A stretch of DNA of 64,000 nucleotides from a virus, in IMG/VR virus record IMGVR_UViG_3300008266_000014, positions 64,001 through 128,000 of that record; one strand, given 5' to 3'. This document shows, piece after piece, positions 9,276 to 17,854 of this stretch. Numbering within the stretch: position 1 is the stretch's first letter; each line of letters starts with the position of its first letter. The notes under the pieces were generated by a model that searched no databases, was not told the origin of the DNA, and saw only the letters and a list, made by a program, of their open reading frames with translations. The position numbers were made by a program, and so were the translations under genes.

Positions 9276-9788
9276 ATGTCTCAAACTATGTTTCCATCAA
9301 AAACATACAAATATGTTTCAACAAAAGAATACCATGATGCATTTCCTTGCGCTTATAGGCAATGGCGTGCAGATTCGCATTGTAATCTGATTCATGGTTA
9401 TTCCTTTTCAATGAAGTTTTATTTTGGTACAGATGATCTTGATGTTCGTAACTGGGCGGCTGATTATGGTGGTCTGAAAGAGCTCAAGGGTGTTCTCGAG
9501 AGTCAGTTTGATCATACCTTGCTTGTTGCGGAGGATGATCCTGAATTGGATTTGTACATGGAGATGCAGCGTAGAAACATTGCCAAGCTAACCATTCTTC
9601 CAAAGTTGGGGTGTGAAGGTCTAGCAGACCAACTTTACAAATACGTAAATGGTGTATATATTCCTGACTACTGGGGTCCTGGTGAAGCCGATCGCCTTTG
9701 GTGCTATCGTGTAGAAGTTCGTGAGACACAAAGCAACATGGCTTTCCGTGAAGGTCATCGTGAATGGAATGAGGACTTGTTTGCGTGA
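9276..9788 (+). CDS. queD: 6-carboxy-5,6,7,8-tetrahydropterin synthase
   Basis: HCNLIHGY, DYGGLK..L..FDH, GCE, VEVRET. Confidence 0.9.
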   Translation: MSQTMFPSKTYKYVSTKEYHDAFPCAYRQWRADSHCNLIHGYSFSMKFYFGTDDLDVRNWAADYGGLKELKGVLESQFDHTLLVAEDDPELDLYMEMQRRNIAKLTILPKLGCEGLADQLYKYVNGVYIPDYWGPGEADRLWCYRVEVRETQSNMAFREGHREWNEDLFA

Positions 9789-10054
9789 TAAAAAGATCCC
9801 AAGTATGGTTTTCTGGTGGTAGAGTCAGGAATACTCCTTTCGATACCTCTAAGAGACATATTAGAAAACAGTTTCCCTGGGTACCAGATGGCGTATATGA
9901 TCACTCTGGTTTTCAAATACGGTATGAAATTCAACAAGGTTTTATACTCACCTGTATATCAAAAATGTGGATTGACAACGGTGGGCCAGACGATGCAGAC
10001 GTGGCGTTGAGACTACCATGGGGAACATACTTAGATATTCCACCTAAACCCTAA
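9785..10054 (+). CDS. Hypothetical protein
   Basis: GTG start overlapping the queD stop; fills the gap. Confidence 0.5.
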   Translation: MIKRSQVWFSGGRVRNTPFDTSKRHIRKQFPWVPDGVYDHSGFQIRYEIQQGFILTCISKMWIDNGGPDDADVALRLPWGTYLDIPPKP

Positions 10055-10081
10055 GATGTATTAAAGTAAAAAATAATTATC

Positions 10082-10669
10082 ATGAAAAGGGAAAACTGGT
10101 TCGCTACTCCCGTTTGGTATGATGATACTGATGTGCCAGATGCAGTAGTCGAGCAAATAGCTAGCAAGTGGATATCTTTGTCACGAGATGTGCAATCAGC
10201 AAGTGTATCTAATGTTGGTGGATGGCAAAGCCATAGTCTGACATATGATGAATGTGATTCTTTTGAGAGAGAGTTATTTCATCATGTAGACCTCGCTGCT
10301 GACTTTATACACGAAGACTATAAGATAAAGAATAAAATAGTTCTCGGCAATTGGTGGGTTAACATTAACGGGTATGGTAACTACAACAGGCTCCACATAC
10401 ACGGAGGAGTTTTGTCTGGAGTTTTTTATGTGAAAACTGCTAAAGCTGACTCAGGATCCTTAATTTTCCACAGACCTTCTTACATGTACGAGGTTGCATC
10501 CTTTACTACCACCGATTTAGATTCTACAGCTTTGGAAGTTAGTTATGAGCCTTTGGATAAGAGATTGATATTGTTTCCTGCGTGGATACCCCATAGCGTA
10601 AATGCTAATTTTTCTGACCAAAAGCGAGTATCTATTGGGTTCAACTACGTCGTGGCACAGGGGTTATAG
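10082..10669 (+). CDS. Putative 2OG-Fe(II) oxygenase (TIGR02466-like)
   Basis: SNVGGWQS, W.NIN, H.H, LSGVFYV, LILFPAWIPHSV, R.SIGFN. Confidence 0.85.
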   Translation: MKRENWFATPVWYDDTDVPDAVVEQIASKWISLSRDVQSASVSNVGGWQSHSLTYDECDSFERELFHHVDLAADFIHEDYKIKNKIVLGNWWVNINGYGNYNRLHIHGGVLSGVFYVKTAKADSGSLIFHRPSYMYEVASFTTTDLDSTALEVSYEPLDKRLILFPAWIPHSVNANFSDQKRVSIGFNYVVAQGL

Positions 10670-10709
10670 GATGTTACATAAATGTTAACTATTACTATTT
10701 TAGTAACTG

Positions 10710-10738
10710 TTGACCTATGATGAACTTATCTATATGAT
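10710..10738 (+). promoter_or_regulatory. sigma70-type early promoter
   Basis: TTGACC-N17-TATGAT with AT-rich upstream region. Confidence 0.7.
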
Positions 10739-10780
10739 AAGGGTTCCTCACCGAAAGGTGGTTTTGTAATGGAGAACATC

Positions 10781-11104
10781 ATGGCGAAAAAATCAAAAGT
10801 AGATCCAGACACGGGTTACACCCCAGAAGAGCAGCAAGAGAAGTTCAAGGAGATCTTCTCTGCAAAAAAGCAGTCAAAGCAGAAGCCACAGACCAAGCGA
10901 AAAGTACATCGCAATCCAATGGTGGAAGCAAAAAGCGAAGCGGATCTAAAGGCAAAAGCAGTGGCTCTGTATGAAGGTGGTAAGGGTCCAAAAGAGGTTT
11001 CCAAAGAACTCAGTATCAGCTATGCTAGCGCATATTACTACAAGCGCTTTGCTGGTTCTTCTGTTAAGAAAGAGCGTTTGAAAAAGTCGATGGAACGCGT
11101 GTGA
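10781..11104 (+). CDS. Basic protein with probable C-terminal HTH
   Basis: Lys-rich; KAVALYEGGKGPKEVSKELSISYASAYYY resembles an HTH; GGAG SD. Confidence 0.55.
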   Translation: MAKKSKVDPDTGYTPEEQQEKFKEIFSAKKQSKQKPQTKRKVHRNPMVEAKSEADLKAKAVALYEGGKGPKEVSKELSISYASAYYYKRFAGSSVKKERLKKSMERV

Positions 11105-11139
11105 GGTGATTAGTGGGGTGCGACACTTCAACGCACTTA

Positions 11140-11216
11140 GGGCCGGAAGCTTAATTGGTATAAGCGTCCGACTCATAATCGGAGGACAGTGAGTTCGAGT
11201 CTCACCCGGCCCACCA
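11140..11216 (+). tRNA. tRNA-Ile2/Met (anticodon CAT)
   Basis: Cloverleaf GGGCCGG/CCGGCCC, anticodon arm ccgac-tcata-atcgg, TTCGA, encoded CCA. Confidence 0.9.
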
Positions 11217-11231
11217 CCTGATGGAGATAAT

Positions 11232-11675
11232 ATGGAAAAGAAGTGGACATTGCCAGTACTAGAAAATCAAAACGGTGAGCTCTATATTGAACTCAATGAT
11301 GAGATTCTCGAAGGGTCTGGTTTGAATATTGGTGATACGTTGAACTGGAAAGACAACAAAGATGGATCTTACAGTCTCACAAAAGCTGAGGGTGATCTCT
11401 TCGTTGTAGATTCCATTAGCGTGTTTCACATCAGGCATGTTGTGAGAGCAAAGAATGCAGAGCACGCGATGGACGAGGTCGTGTGTGATAACGGTAATCT
11501 AAGAGAGTTTAGCCAGAAGCATGTCGATTGTAATATTATTGATGCACGAAAGATCACTGCAGAGGAGTATCTGAATATGTTTGATAAGGATAACTCATAC
11601 CTATCCAGCTGGTCTGAAGATAAAAAGTTGGAGTTCATTAATACCATTGACTACGAGAAGCACTACAAATCATGA
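11232..11675 (+). CDS. Hypothetical with AbrB-like N-terminal domain
   Basis: GELYIEL.DEIL...GL.IGDTLNW..DGSYSL looped-hinge pattern. Confidence 0.6.
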   Translation: MEKKWTLPVLENQNGELYIELNDEILEGSGLNIGDTLNWKDNKDGSYSLTKAEGDLFVVDSISVFHIRHVVRAKNAEHAMDEVVCDNGNLREFSQKHVDCNIIDARKITAEEYLNMFDKDNSYLSSWSEDKKLEFINTIDYEKHYKS

Positions 11676-11830
11676 AAGTTATTGAGAAGTGGTACGAGAG
11701 GCTGCTAGGATATGACTGGCACTATCGACTAAGATCACGGTTTACTTTTCTTGAATGGCTGTTCCTAGCAGCAGCTATTGTGTTCATTGTTTGGTGGCTC
11801 TATGACTGGTTAATTTTAGGAATACTATGA
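11672..11830 (+). CDS. Small membrane protein (52 aa, below ORF-track cutoff)
   Basis: ATGA overlaps at both ends; hydrophobic WLFLAAAIVFIVWWL. Confidence 0.55.
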   Translation: MKVIEKWYERLLGYDWHYRLRSRFTFLEWLFLAAAIVFIVWWLYDWLILGIL

Positions 11831-12177
11831 TGGATACTAATTTACGGCGTGGTTTTTTAAAGAATCTTGGATTCCTTGGTGCATTTGCTTCCGGTGCTGC
11901 ATCAGCAAAGATCGTTATTGAAGAAAAGCTACCAGAAGTTAAGCCAGAACCAAAAGAAGATATATCTCATCTGGCACCAGAGTTTGGTGATCAGTTCGTA
12001 TTACAAGGTAATCGAAAGTACAAAGACTATTCAAATTTAACTGTAGATGGTATTTCTACCTATGGTATTCAAAGTTGGGAGTATGCAAATAGAGTGCAGC
12101 TTGGTGTAGGCAAAGATAATCGTCTTTGGCTACAGATTGGTGATAGCTGGCACAGGGTAGCACTGGAGTCCAGATGA
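11827..12177 (+). CDS. Putative Tat-exported protein
   Basis: N-terminal LRRGFLK twin-arginine motif, hydrophobic stretch, ASA cleavage site. Confidence 0.6.
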   Translation: MMDTNLRRGFLKNLGFLGAFASGAASAKIVIEEKLPEVKPEPKEDISHLAPEFGDQFVLQGNRKYKDYSNLTVDGISTYGIQSWEYANRVQLGVGKDNRLWLQIGDSWHRVALESR

Positions 12178-12833
12178 AAGTAAACATAGGATGCTACAAG
12201 AACTGGATTGGTCCGTACCAAATAGCTGAGAAGTTGATGTTCTGGGCTGATAAGTACGAAGACGATCGAGTACATAGACTTGGTGATCTTCTGGATAAAA
12301 TTCCAGGACTCACCAAGTTTTGTTTGTGGGTTGATAAACACAGACAGCGCAATGTTGAGGTACGCATTGACAAGTGGGACACGTGGTCAATGGATCACAC
12401 ACTCGCTCTTATCATTTTACCAATGCTGAAACAGTTACAAGAAACAAAACATGGATCACAGTTTGTTGATGATGAGGATGTACCTGAAGAACTAAAATCC
12501 ACATCTGCTCCCCCTAAGGAAAATGAGTGGGATACTGATGACAACATTCACAAAAGATGGGACTGGGTTCTTAAAGAAATGATATTTGCTTTTGAATGTA
12601 AGCTGAATGATAACTGGGATGATGAGTTTTGGACCGGAGAATGGGGGGAATCCACGTTCGTTGAGACAGGTGAAGAGCACTTTAATTCGTTGACCAACAA
12701 ATCTGAAAAGTTGTATACTATGCATAACACAGGTAATCGTACTTGTGACTGGGAAGCGCGTCAAAAGGTTCAAAACCGTATTACTAATGGTTTCAGACTT
12801 TTTGGCAAATATTATGAAGGACTTTGGGATTAA
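12174..12833 (+). CDS. Conserved phage hypothetical protein
   Basis: Trp-rich; DKWDTWSMDHTLALIILPMLKQL and GFRLFGKYYEGLWD motifs. Confidence 0.7.
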   Translation: MKVNIGCYKNWIGPYQIAEKLMFWADKYEDDRVHRLGDLLDKIPGLTKFCLWVDKHRQRNVEVRIDKWDTWSMDHTLALIILPMLKQLQETKHGSQFVDDEDVPEELKSTSAPPKENEWDTDDNIHKRWDWVLKEMIFAFECKLNDNWDDEFWTGEWGESTFVETGEEHFNSLTNKSEKLYTMHNTGNRTCDWEARQKVQNRITNGFRLFGKYYEGLWD

Positions 12834-12841
12834 TCTATATC

Positions 12842-13357
12842 ATGAAAACTTTATACGTTGTACTGCTAGCAGCTGCAATTACAGGTTGTTCGAGTCAGAA
12901 GATGGTAAAGATTCCGGATTCAAAAGGAACTGTGCCAGAGTGGTTTGCTGCTGAGCCAGAAAAGCAAGGTAGTGATATCATTGTCACTGCAACAGATACT
13001 TCTCGTGATATGCAGTTTGCGATTGACAAAGCAATGCTACAGGGCCGTGTAGAGCTTGCTAATCGTATTGGTGTTCGTGTTGATTCTCTTGTTCGTGAAA
13101 GCGTCAAAGAAGATTCCGGTGCCAAGATGAAAGATGTTGATCGCGAAGTTGATCGTGTATCCAAGCAGGTAACAAATCAGATGTTATCAATGTATACGCG
13201 TGAGAAGCTAACAGTGATGAAAGAAGATGGTGGGTTCCGTGCTTTCGTCATGTTGAAAATTTCTGAAGATCAGAGTAGGAAACTTTTTGAGTTGAATCGC
13301 CGCAATCCAAAGAATCGTGACGAACAGTTCAGAGAGCTGGAAGTACTTACTCGATGA
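12842..13357 (+). CDS. Lipoprotein (LPP20-like)
   Basis: Lipobox ITGC after a hydrophobic signal; VPEWF motif. Confidence 0.7.
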   Translation: MKTLYVVLLAAAITGCSSQKMVKIPDSKGTVPEWFAAEPEKQGSDIIVTATDTSRDMQFAIDKAMLQGRVELANRIGVRVDSLVRESVKEDSGAKMKDVDREVDRVSKQVTNQMLSMYTREKLTVMKEDGGFRAFVMLKISEDQSRKLFELNRRNPKNRDEQFRELEVLTR

Positions 13358-13383
13358 TCAACGAAAGATATATAGTAAATTAG

Positions 13384-13408
13384 AACCCGAGTTATACTCG
13401 GGTTTTTT
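13384..13408 (+). terminator. Rho-independent terminator
   Basis: aacccgag-ttata-ctcgggtt followed by a T-run. Confidence 0.9.
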
Positions 13409-13422
13409 ATTGTTAAATTAAA

Positions 13423-13965
13423 ATGCCAAATTCTTTTTTTATTAGCGACACTCATTTTGGTCACACAGGTGTATGTAAGTTTCTCAGAGATGATGGAACA
13501 AAACTTCGTCCGTGGGATGATCCAGATGAGATGGATCAGGCTATGATCGAGAATTGGAACAAGACTGTCCGACCGAATGATAAGGTGTACCATCTTGGTG
13601 ATGTGGTGATCAATCGAAAATCATTGAAGACACTTGCTCTTCTCAATGGTGATAAGGTTCTGATCAAAGGTAATCATGATATATTTAAACTTAATGAGTA
13701 TACAGAGTTCTTTCGCGATATAAGAGGGTATCATGTTTTAAATGGCATGATCCTTAGTCATATTCCGATCCACGAAGAAAGCATTGCAAGATTTGGTGTT
13801 AACATTCACGGACATTTGCACTACAACCGTGTAAAGAAGAATGGTGAGATTGATCCTCGCTATTTCAACGTGAGTGTAGAGCAGATTAACTATACCCCCA
13901 TTTCAATTGACGAACTGAGACAGAGAGTGATTGAACAGGGTGGACAAGTGAATTTCAGGAGCTAA
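13423..13965 (+). CDS. Calcineurin-like metallophosphoesterase
   Basis: SDTHFGH, HLGDV, GNHD, HGHLH. Confidence 0.9.
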   Translation: MPNSFFISDTHFGHTGVCKFLRDDGTKLRPWDDPDEMDQAMIENWNKTVRPNDKVYHLGDVVINRKSLKTLALLNGDKVLIKGNHDIFKLNEYTEFFRDIRGYHVLNGMILSHIPIHEESIARFGVNIHGHLHYNRVKKNGEIDPRYFNVSVEQINYTPISIDELRQRVIEQGGQVNFRS

Positions 13966-13967
13966 TT

Positions 13968-14159
13968 ATGTCAGGCAAAGGAAGCAAACCAAGACCTTAT
14001 AGTGTTGACCAAGAAACTTTTGACAAAAATTGGGATGAGATATTCACTAAAGAAAAGAAAATGACACGTGAAGAAGCCCTGCAAGAAATGGTTAGAATCA
14101 GTGAAGAAATGGGATTATATATAGATGATCCTATCGATAATCCGTTAATCAAGAAATAA
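13968..14159 (+). CDS. Small hypothetical protein
   Basis: AGGAG SD; GKGSKPRP..V....F..NWD.IF motif common in phages. Confidence 0.65.
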   Translation: MSGKGSKPRPYSVDQETFDKNWDEIFTKEKKMTREEALQEMVRISEEMGLYIDDPIDNPLIKK

Positions 14160-14160
14160 T

Positions 14161-14234
14161 CCCGGTGTAGTGTAGTGGCAACACGTTGATCTCCAAAATC
14201 AAAATTCGCGGTTCGATTCCGTGCACCAGGGCCA
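14161..14234 (+). tRNA. tRNA-Trp (CCA)
   Basis: Cloverleaf, anticodon loop CTCCAAA, TTCGA, CCA; one C-A mismatch in the acceptor stem. Confidence 0.85.
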
Positions 14235-14263
14235 TTGACATACATATAAATATAATGTATAAT
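14235..14263 (+). promoter_or_regulatory. Consensus sigma70 promoter with nested T4 late promoter
   Basis: TTGACA-N17-TATAAT; TATAAATA at 14245-14252. Confidence 0.8.
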
Positions 14264-14285
14264 CTTTTTGCCGGAGGAAAAATAA

Positions 14286-14942
14286 ATGCAGAAGTTCTCT
14301 AGTTACCTTCTGAACGAGGAAGAGAGAGTTAATGACACTCGTAAGACCCAGGTTGCAACAACTGGTGGTACCTATGAGAAAACAGGTAAGTTCCTCCATC
14401 CACTTCTACAACCAAAATCCAAGATCATTAGCATTGGAGCAGGGTTGGAACACACCAAGGTAGCTTTACAAAGAGGTCTTGGTGGTGAGAAGAGTACTCA
14501 TACAATCCACGATATGGAACCTAATCCCGAAGGGAGAAAGGTAAAACCAGAGTACACCAAAGCCGAGGATATCCCTCATAATCATTATCATGCAGCAGTG
14601 TCACATAATGTATTGAATGTTGTTGAACCTCATGTACGTGAGCACGTTATGCATTCCATCTTCAATTCAATGAAGGAAGGTGGTCATGCAGTGATTGGCA
14701 CACGTAAATGGAAGGGTGATATTGATAAGACAAAAAATGCAGAACCTGGAGACGAACCCAAGTCATTGTGGGTTAAGAAGAAGGGTGGGGCATCTTATCA
14801 AAAAGGTTTTGATGGTAACGAACTAAAAGAATATGTTCATGATTACGCTTCGCGTCACGGGCATGAAGTTAAGGTTACGAACTTGAAAGGCATCGCAGCA
14901 ACTGGCGTCCATGTTCATTTGCTGAAGAAAGCAAAACCGTAA
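14286..14942 (+). CDS. SAM-dependent methyltransferase-like protein with capsid-targeting-like leader
   Basis: ISIGAG motif I, HDMEP, HNVLNVV; N-terminus MQKFSSYLLNEE. Confidence 0.6.
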   Translation: MQKFSSYLLNEEERVNDTRKTQVATTGGTYEKTGKFLHPLLQPKSKIISIGAGLEHTKVALQRGLGGEKSTHTIHDMEPNPEGRKVKPEYTKAEDIPHNHYHAAVSHNVLNVVEPHVREHVMHSIFNSMKEGGHAVIGTRKWKGDIDKTKNAEPGDEPKSLWVKKKGGASYQKGFDGNELKEYVHDYASRHGHEVKVTNLKGIAATGVHVHLLKKAKP

Positions 14943-15029
14943 TAAAGGTGGACATCAAATGGGGCAATGTTTGTAATTATTTTTGTTTTACTTCTACTAT
15001 TTTATATACATAATAGCTTTTGAAGCGCT

Positions 15030-15584
15030 ATGAATATTTTTTTATATGATGATCTCATCGATAGTAATACGGTAGATGAGACAGAGCAGCTTCTATGCGG
15101 TATCTACTTTCCATGGTATTTTCAAAACTCTACCGTGCTACCTCCTGAAGTTTTTGGTATTAGTGGAGGTCCTCTATACGATTTTCAATTCATTCACACA
15201 TTTATTAGGAATGGAGAATTAAACTCTGGTAGTGTGAATCTTCCAATGAAAATTTTTGATATTGTTGCTGAAAGATTGAAACTCAACATACGGCACGTCA
15301 CCAGAATAAAGGCTAATCTTCTCACCACGGGGTTCCCTTCAAGTCAAGATTTAGATCAACAATATCACACCGATCACACGGAAGAAAGCACATATAGTAT
15401 GATTTATTATGTTAATGATTCGGACGGTGATACTGTATTTAAAGACATCAACAACAACGAACAGAGAAGAATAAGTCCGAAAAAAGGAAGAATTGCTTTG
15501 TTTAGATCTAATATTATGCACAGAGCAACCAACCCTACTCACCATAAGCGCAGAGTTGTCATTAATTACATTTTTCAAGTATAA
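15030..15584 (+). CDS. 2OG-Fe(II) oxygenase
   Basis: HTD, IYYVNDSDGDT, H, RRVVINY. Confidence 0.85.
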   Translation: MNIFLYDDLIDSNTVDETEQLLCGIYFPWYFQNSTVLPPEVFGISGGPLYDFQFIHTFIRNGELNSGSVNLPMKIFDIVAERLKLNIRHVTRIKANLLTTGFPSSQDLDQQYHTDHTEESTYSMIYYVNDSDGDTVFKDINNNEQRRISPKKGRIALFRSNIMHRATNPTHHKRRVVINYIFQV

Positions 15585-15585
15585 T
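15556..15585 (+). promoter_or_regulatory. sigma70-type promoter for ncRNA/tRNA-Asn
   Basis: TTGTCA-N18-TATAAT; predicted start about 15591-15593. Confidence 0.55.
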
Positions 15586-15592
15586 AACCAAT

Positions 15593-15764
15593 CATTTTTG
15601 AGAGTCCTTAAGCGAGGAGCCTAACCAGCGACCTGACTGCCGAGGGAAAACAATACCTCTTTCAATTGCATCTGGAAACCAGATATGTACGTGGTGCGTA
15701 CGCAAGACAATGAGGGGCCAACAAAATTCTGGCTTAAAAGGACATGGCAGTACTCTCAAAAATG
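15593..15764 (+). ncRNA. Candidate structured ncRNA (172 nt)
   Basis: Perfect 13-bp terminal stem, multiple internal hairpins, ACTGCC/GGCAGT pseudoknot; abuts tRNA-Asn. Confidence 0.65.
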
Positions 15765-15765
15765 T

Positions 15766-15841
15766 TGACCGGTAGCTCAGTCGGTAGAGCAGGTGACTGT
15801 TAATCACCCTGTCGCTGGTTCGATCCCAGCCCGGTCAGCCA
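15766..15841 (+). tRNA. tRNA-Asn (GTT)
   Basis: Cloverleaf TGACCGG/CCGGTCA, anticodon loop CTGTTAA, CCA. Confidence 0.95.
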
Positions 15842-16068
15842 TCTTAGATGTGGTGTTATGGAAAATCCCTGTGTACCAGGGCAGTGCACTGTCAATGGGT
15901 CCTCTGTCTAGCTAGCACGGCCAATACAGTTGATATAAACAAAAACACAGGGACGCCTATACAAATAAGTTTATTCGTTAAAAGCAAACAGTAGTAGGTA
16001 TTACTACTCATAACATGGCATCACACCTAAGATGGATATATACTCTTTTAAATATCACAAAGGAAAAA

Positions 16069-16836
16069 ATGAAGCATCTGTTTTTTACCTTTGCATTACT
16101 ATTCTCGGGAAGTAGTTTTGCAGGATCACAATTCGTACTCAACGTATCAAAAAATGAGGTTGTACTAGACTCAAGAGCAGAGGTTGTAAGACCAATTGCA
16201 AGTGTTACAAAATTAATGACAGCACTTGTTGTTATTGATAGTAATCTTGATATGCAGGAAAAGATTCCATATAGAGGATCAAAATCTGTTCCAGGCAAAC
16301 CAAGAACGAGAGAAGAACTCTTATCACTAATGTTAATTAAGAGTGATAATAATGCAGCAGAGTCTCTTGCAAAAAGTCATCCGCTAGGACGATCTGGATT
16401 CATCTATTTGATGAACAAGAAAGCGCAAGACATAGGAATGCAGTTTACTTCATACGAAGACCCTTCTGGTATAGGTATTAACAACCAGAGTACAGCCAAA
16501 GACTTGTCGTTGTTGTTGAAACATACTTCCAACTATTCTAAGATTACAGAGGTTGCATCCTCAACAAATTACACCCTTGTTGAACCTGTTAGCAGCAGAA
16601 AGAAAAAGAAGAAGTCGAAGGGGTATAGAGTGATTAGTGTTAATAACACCAACTTTAGACTTCTTAATGAATATGAAGAAATAAAGATTTCTAAAACTGG
16701 TTTTACTAACCCTGCTGGTAAATGTCTTGCAATGTTCATTAACAAGCACGGTGATAACTTTGCCGTTGTAATCCTTGGTGAGAGGGACATGAGAGCAGTA
16801 GAGAAAGTATCAAGAAACATCATTAATAGTTTATAG
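16069..16836 (+). CDS. D-alanyl-D-alanine peptidase (S11, PBP7/PbpG-like), secreted
   Basis: Signal peptide; SVTK (SxxK), SDN, KTG catalytic motifs. Confidence 0.9.
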   Translation: MKHLFFTFALLFSGSSFAGSQFVLNVSKNEVVLDSRAEVVRPIASVTKLMTALVVIDSNLDMQEKIPYRGSKSVPGKPRTREELLSLMLIKSDNNAAESLAKSHPLGRSGFIYLMNKKAQDIGMQFTSYEDPSGIGINNQSTAKDLSLLLKHTSNYSKITEVASSTNYTLVEPVSSRKKKKKSKGYRVISVNNTNFRLLNEYEEIKISKTGFTNPAGKCLAMFINKHGDNFAVVILGERDMRAVEKVSRNIINSL

Positions 16837-16911
16837 CCCACTTAGCACAATTGGTAGTGCAACTGATTTGTAATCAGTAGGTTGGGAGTTCGAGTCTCTC
16901 AGTGGGCACCA
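16836..16911 (+). tRNA. tRNA-Thr (TGT)
   Basis: Cloverleaf, loop TTTGTAA, CCA. Confidence 0.95.
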
Positions 16912-16912
16912 T

Positions 16913-16989
16913 CTCGGTATAGCACAGCCTGGTAGTGCGCCTGGTTTGGGACCAGGAGGTCGGGAGTTCGATCCTCTCTACCGAGACCA
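16913..16989 (+). tRNA. tRNA-Pro (TGG)
   Basis: Cloverleaf, loop TTTGGGA, CCA. Confidence 0.95.
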
Positions 16990-16996
16990 GTAATAG

Positions 16997-17079
16997 GCGT
17001 CTGTGGCGTAATTGGTAGCCGCGCTGGATTTAGGTTCCAGTCTTTCGGGGTGGGGGTTCGAGTCCCTCCAGACGCACCA
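16997..17079 (+). tRNA. tRNA-Leu (TAG)
   Basis: Class II cloverleaf, loop TTTAGGT, CCA. Confidence 0.92.
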
Positions 17080-17080
17080 A

Positions 17081-17165
17081 GCCCAAGTGGTGAAACGGTA
17101 GACACAGGAGACTTAAAATCTCCCACCCATTGGGTGTGCCGGTTCGATTCCGGCCTTGGGTACCA
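17081..17165 (+). tRNA. tRNA-Leu (TAA)
   Basis: Class II cloverleaf, loop CTTAAAA, CCA. Confidence 0.93.
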
Positions 17166-17186
17166 CGTATAAACTAACGTATAGAC

Positions 17187-17843
17187 ATGCTAGAAGACAT
17201 AGCAACAGAGTTGAAGAATAAACAAATATTCTACAGACCAAATATCTTAAGCAATATATTTTCTTGGCAAGAATTAGAGAAACTAATAAATCTTAGACCG
17301 TTCATTAATTCTCAAAGAGTTCATATTATATCTGATCAAGAAGATGATTGGAAATGGCCGTATCAAAATTGGTTGACAGATGTTAATACATACCCTCCAA
17401 CACTTTTTGAGAATTTGATTCGCAAGTACACTGTTTTTCTTTCTGACTGTTCTAGAGTAAATGAGAAAATTAATTCCATATGTGGTGAAATAGAAAATAT
17501 CACTGGATGTTCCTCCGATGCTCATTTATACTTTAATTTAGTAGGAAATAATTCGGAAAGTTTTGGGATACATTGTGATATATCAAATGTCCTTGTTTTG
17601 CAGGTAGAAGGGACTACTAGGTTTAAAATATGGTCAAAGTTCAACAAAAACAGAATGGTTGATAACTTGGGTCACATAGACCAACCACCTGTTGTGGATG
17701 TGGAAATGAAACCAGGGGACGTTGTATACATTCCAAAATATTACTATCACCAGGGCATATCCACAACAAAACGGCTGTCAATAAGTTTTCCTCACTTCGA
17801 AAGTGAGGATCTGCATCAAGATAGAAAATGGATAGAATTATAA
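17187..17843 (+). CDS. JmjC/cupin-type 2OG oxygenase
   Basis: FGIHCD..VLVLQVEG, MKPGDVVYIP..YYH, RLSISF. Confidence 0.85.
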   Translation: MLEDIATELKNKQIFYRPNILSNIFSWQELEKLINLRPFINSQRVHIISDQEDDWKWPYQNWLTDVNTYPPTLFENLIRKYTVFLSDCSRVNEKINSICGEIENITGCSSDAHLYFNLVGNNSESFGIHCDISNVLVLQVEGTTRFKIWSKFNKNRMVDNLGHIDQPPVVDVEMKPGDVVYIPKYYYHQGISTTKRLSISFPHFESEDLHQDRKWIEL

Positions 17844-17854
17844 GGTGATATGAT

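Noticed and set aside
7904-9788. tRNA queuosine biosynthesis as an auxiliary metabolic pathway
   Set aside because: No queC, queF, queA or canonical tgt in the window; DpdL-like and DpdA-like genes favour DNA modification.
15690-15745. RNase P RNA (GCAAG...AACAAAATTCTGGCTTA resembles the 3' conserved region)
   Set aside because: No canonical GAGGAAAGUCC 5' region, GGCTTA pairs better with local TAAGC, and the element is only 172 nt. Kept only as an unknown ncRNA.
15842-15960. tRNA-associated HDV-like (theta) ribozyme
   Set aside because: The nested double-pseudoknot could not be built directly 3' of this or the other tRNAs, and all tRNAs already encode CCA.
16997-17165. Suppressor tRNAs or stop-codon recoding (anticodons TAG and TAA)
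   Set aside because: These anticodons read CUA and UUA (Leu). Core genes are intact in the standard code and end in TAA, TAG and TGA.
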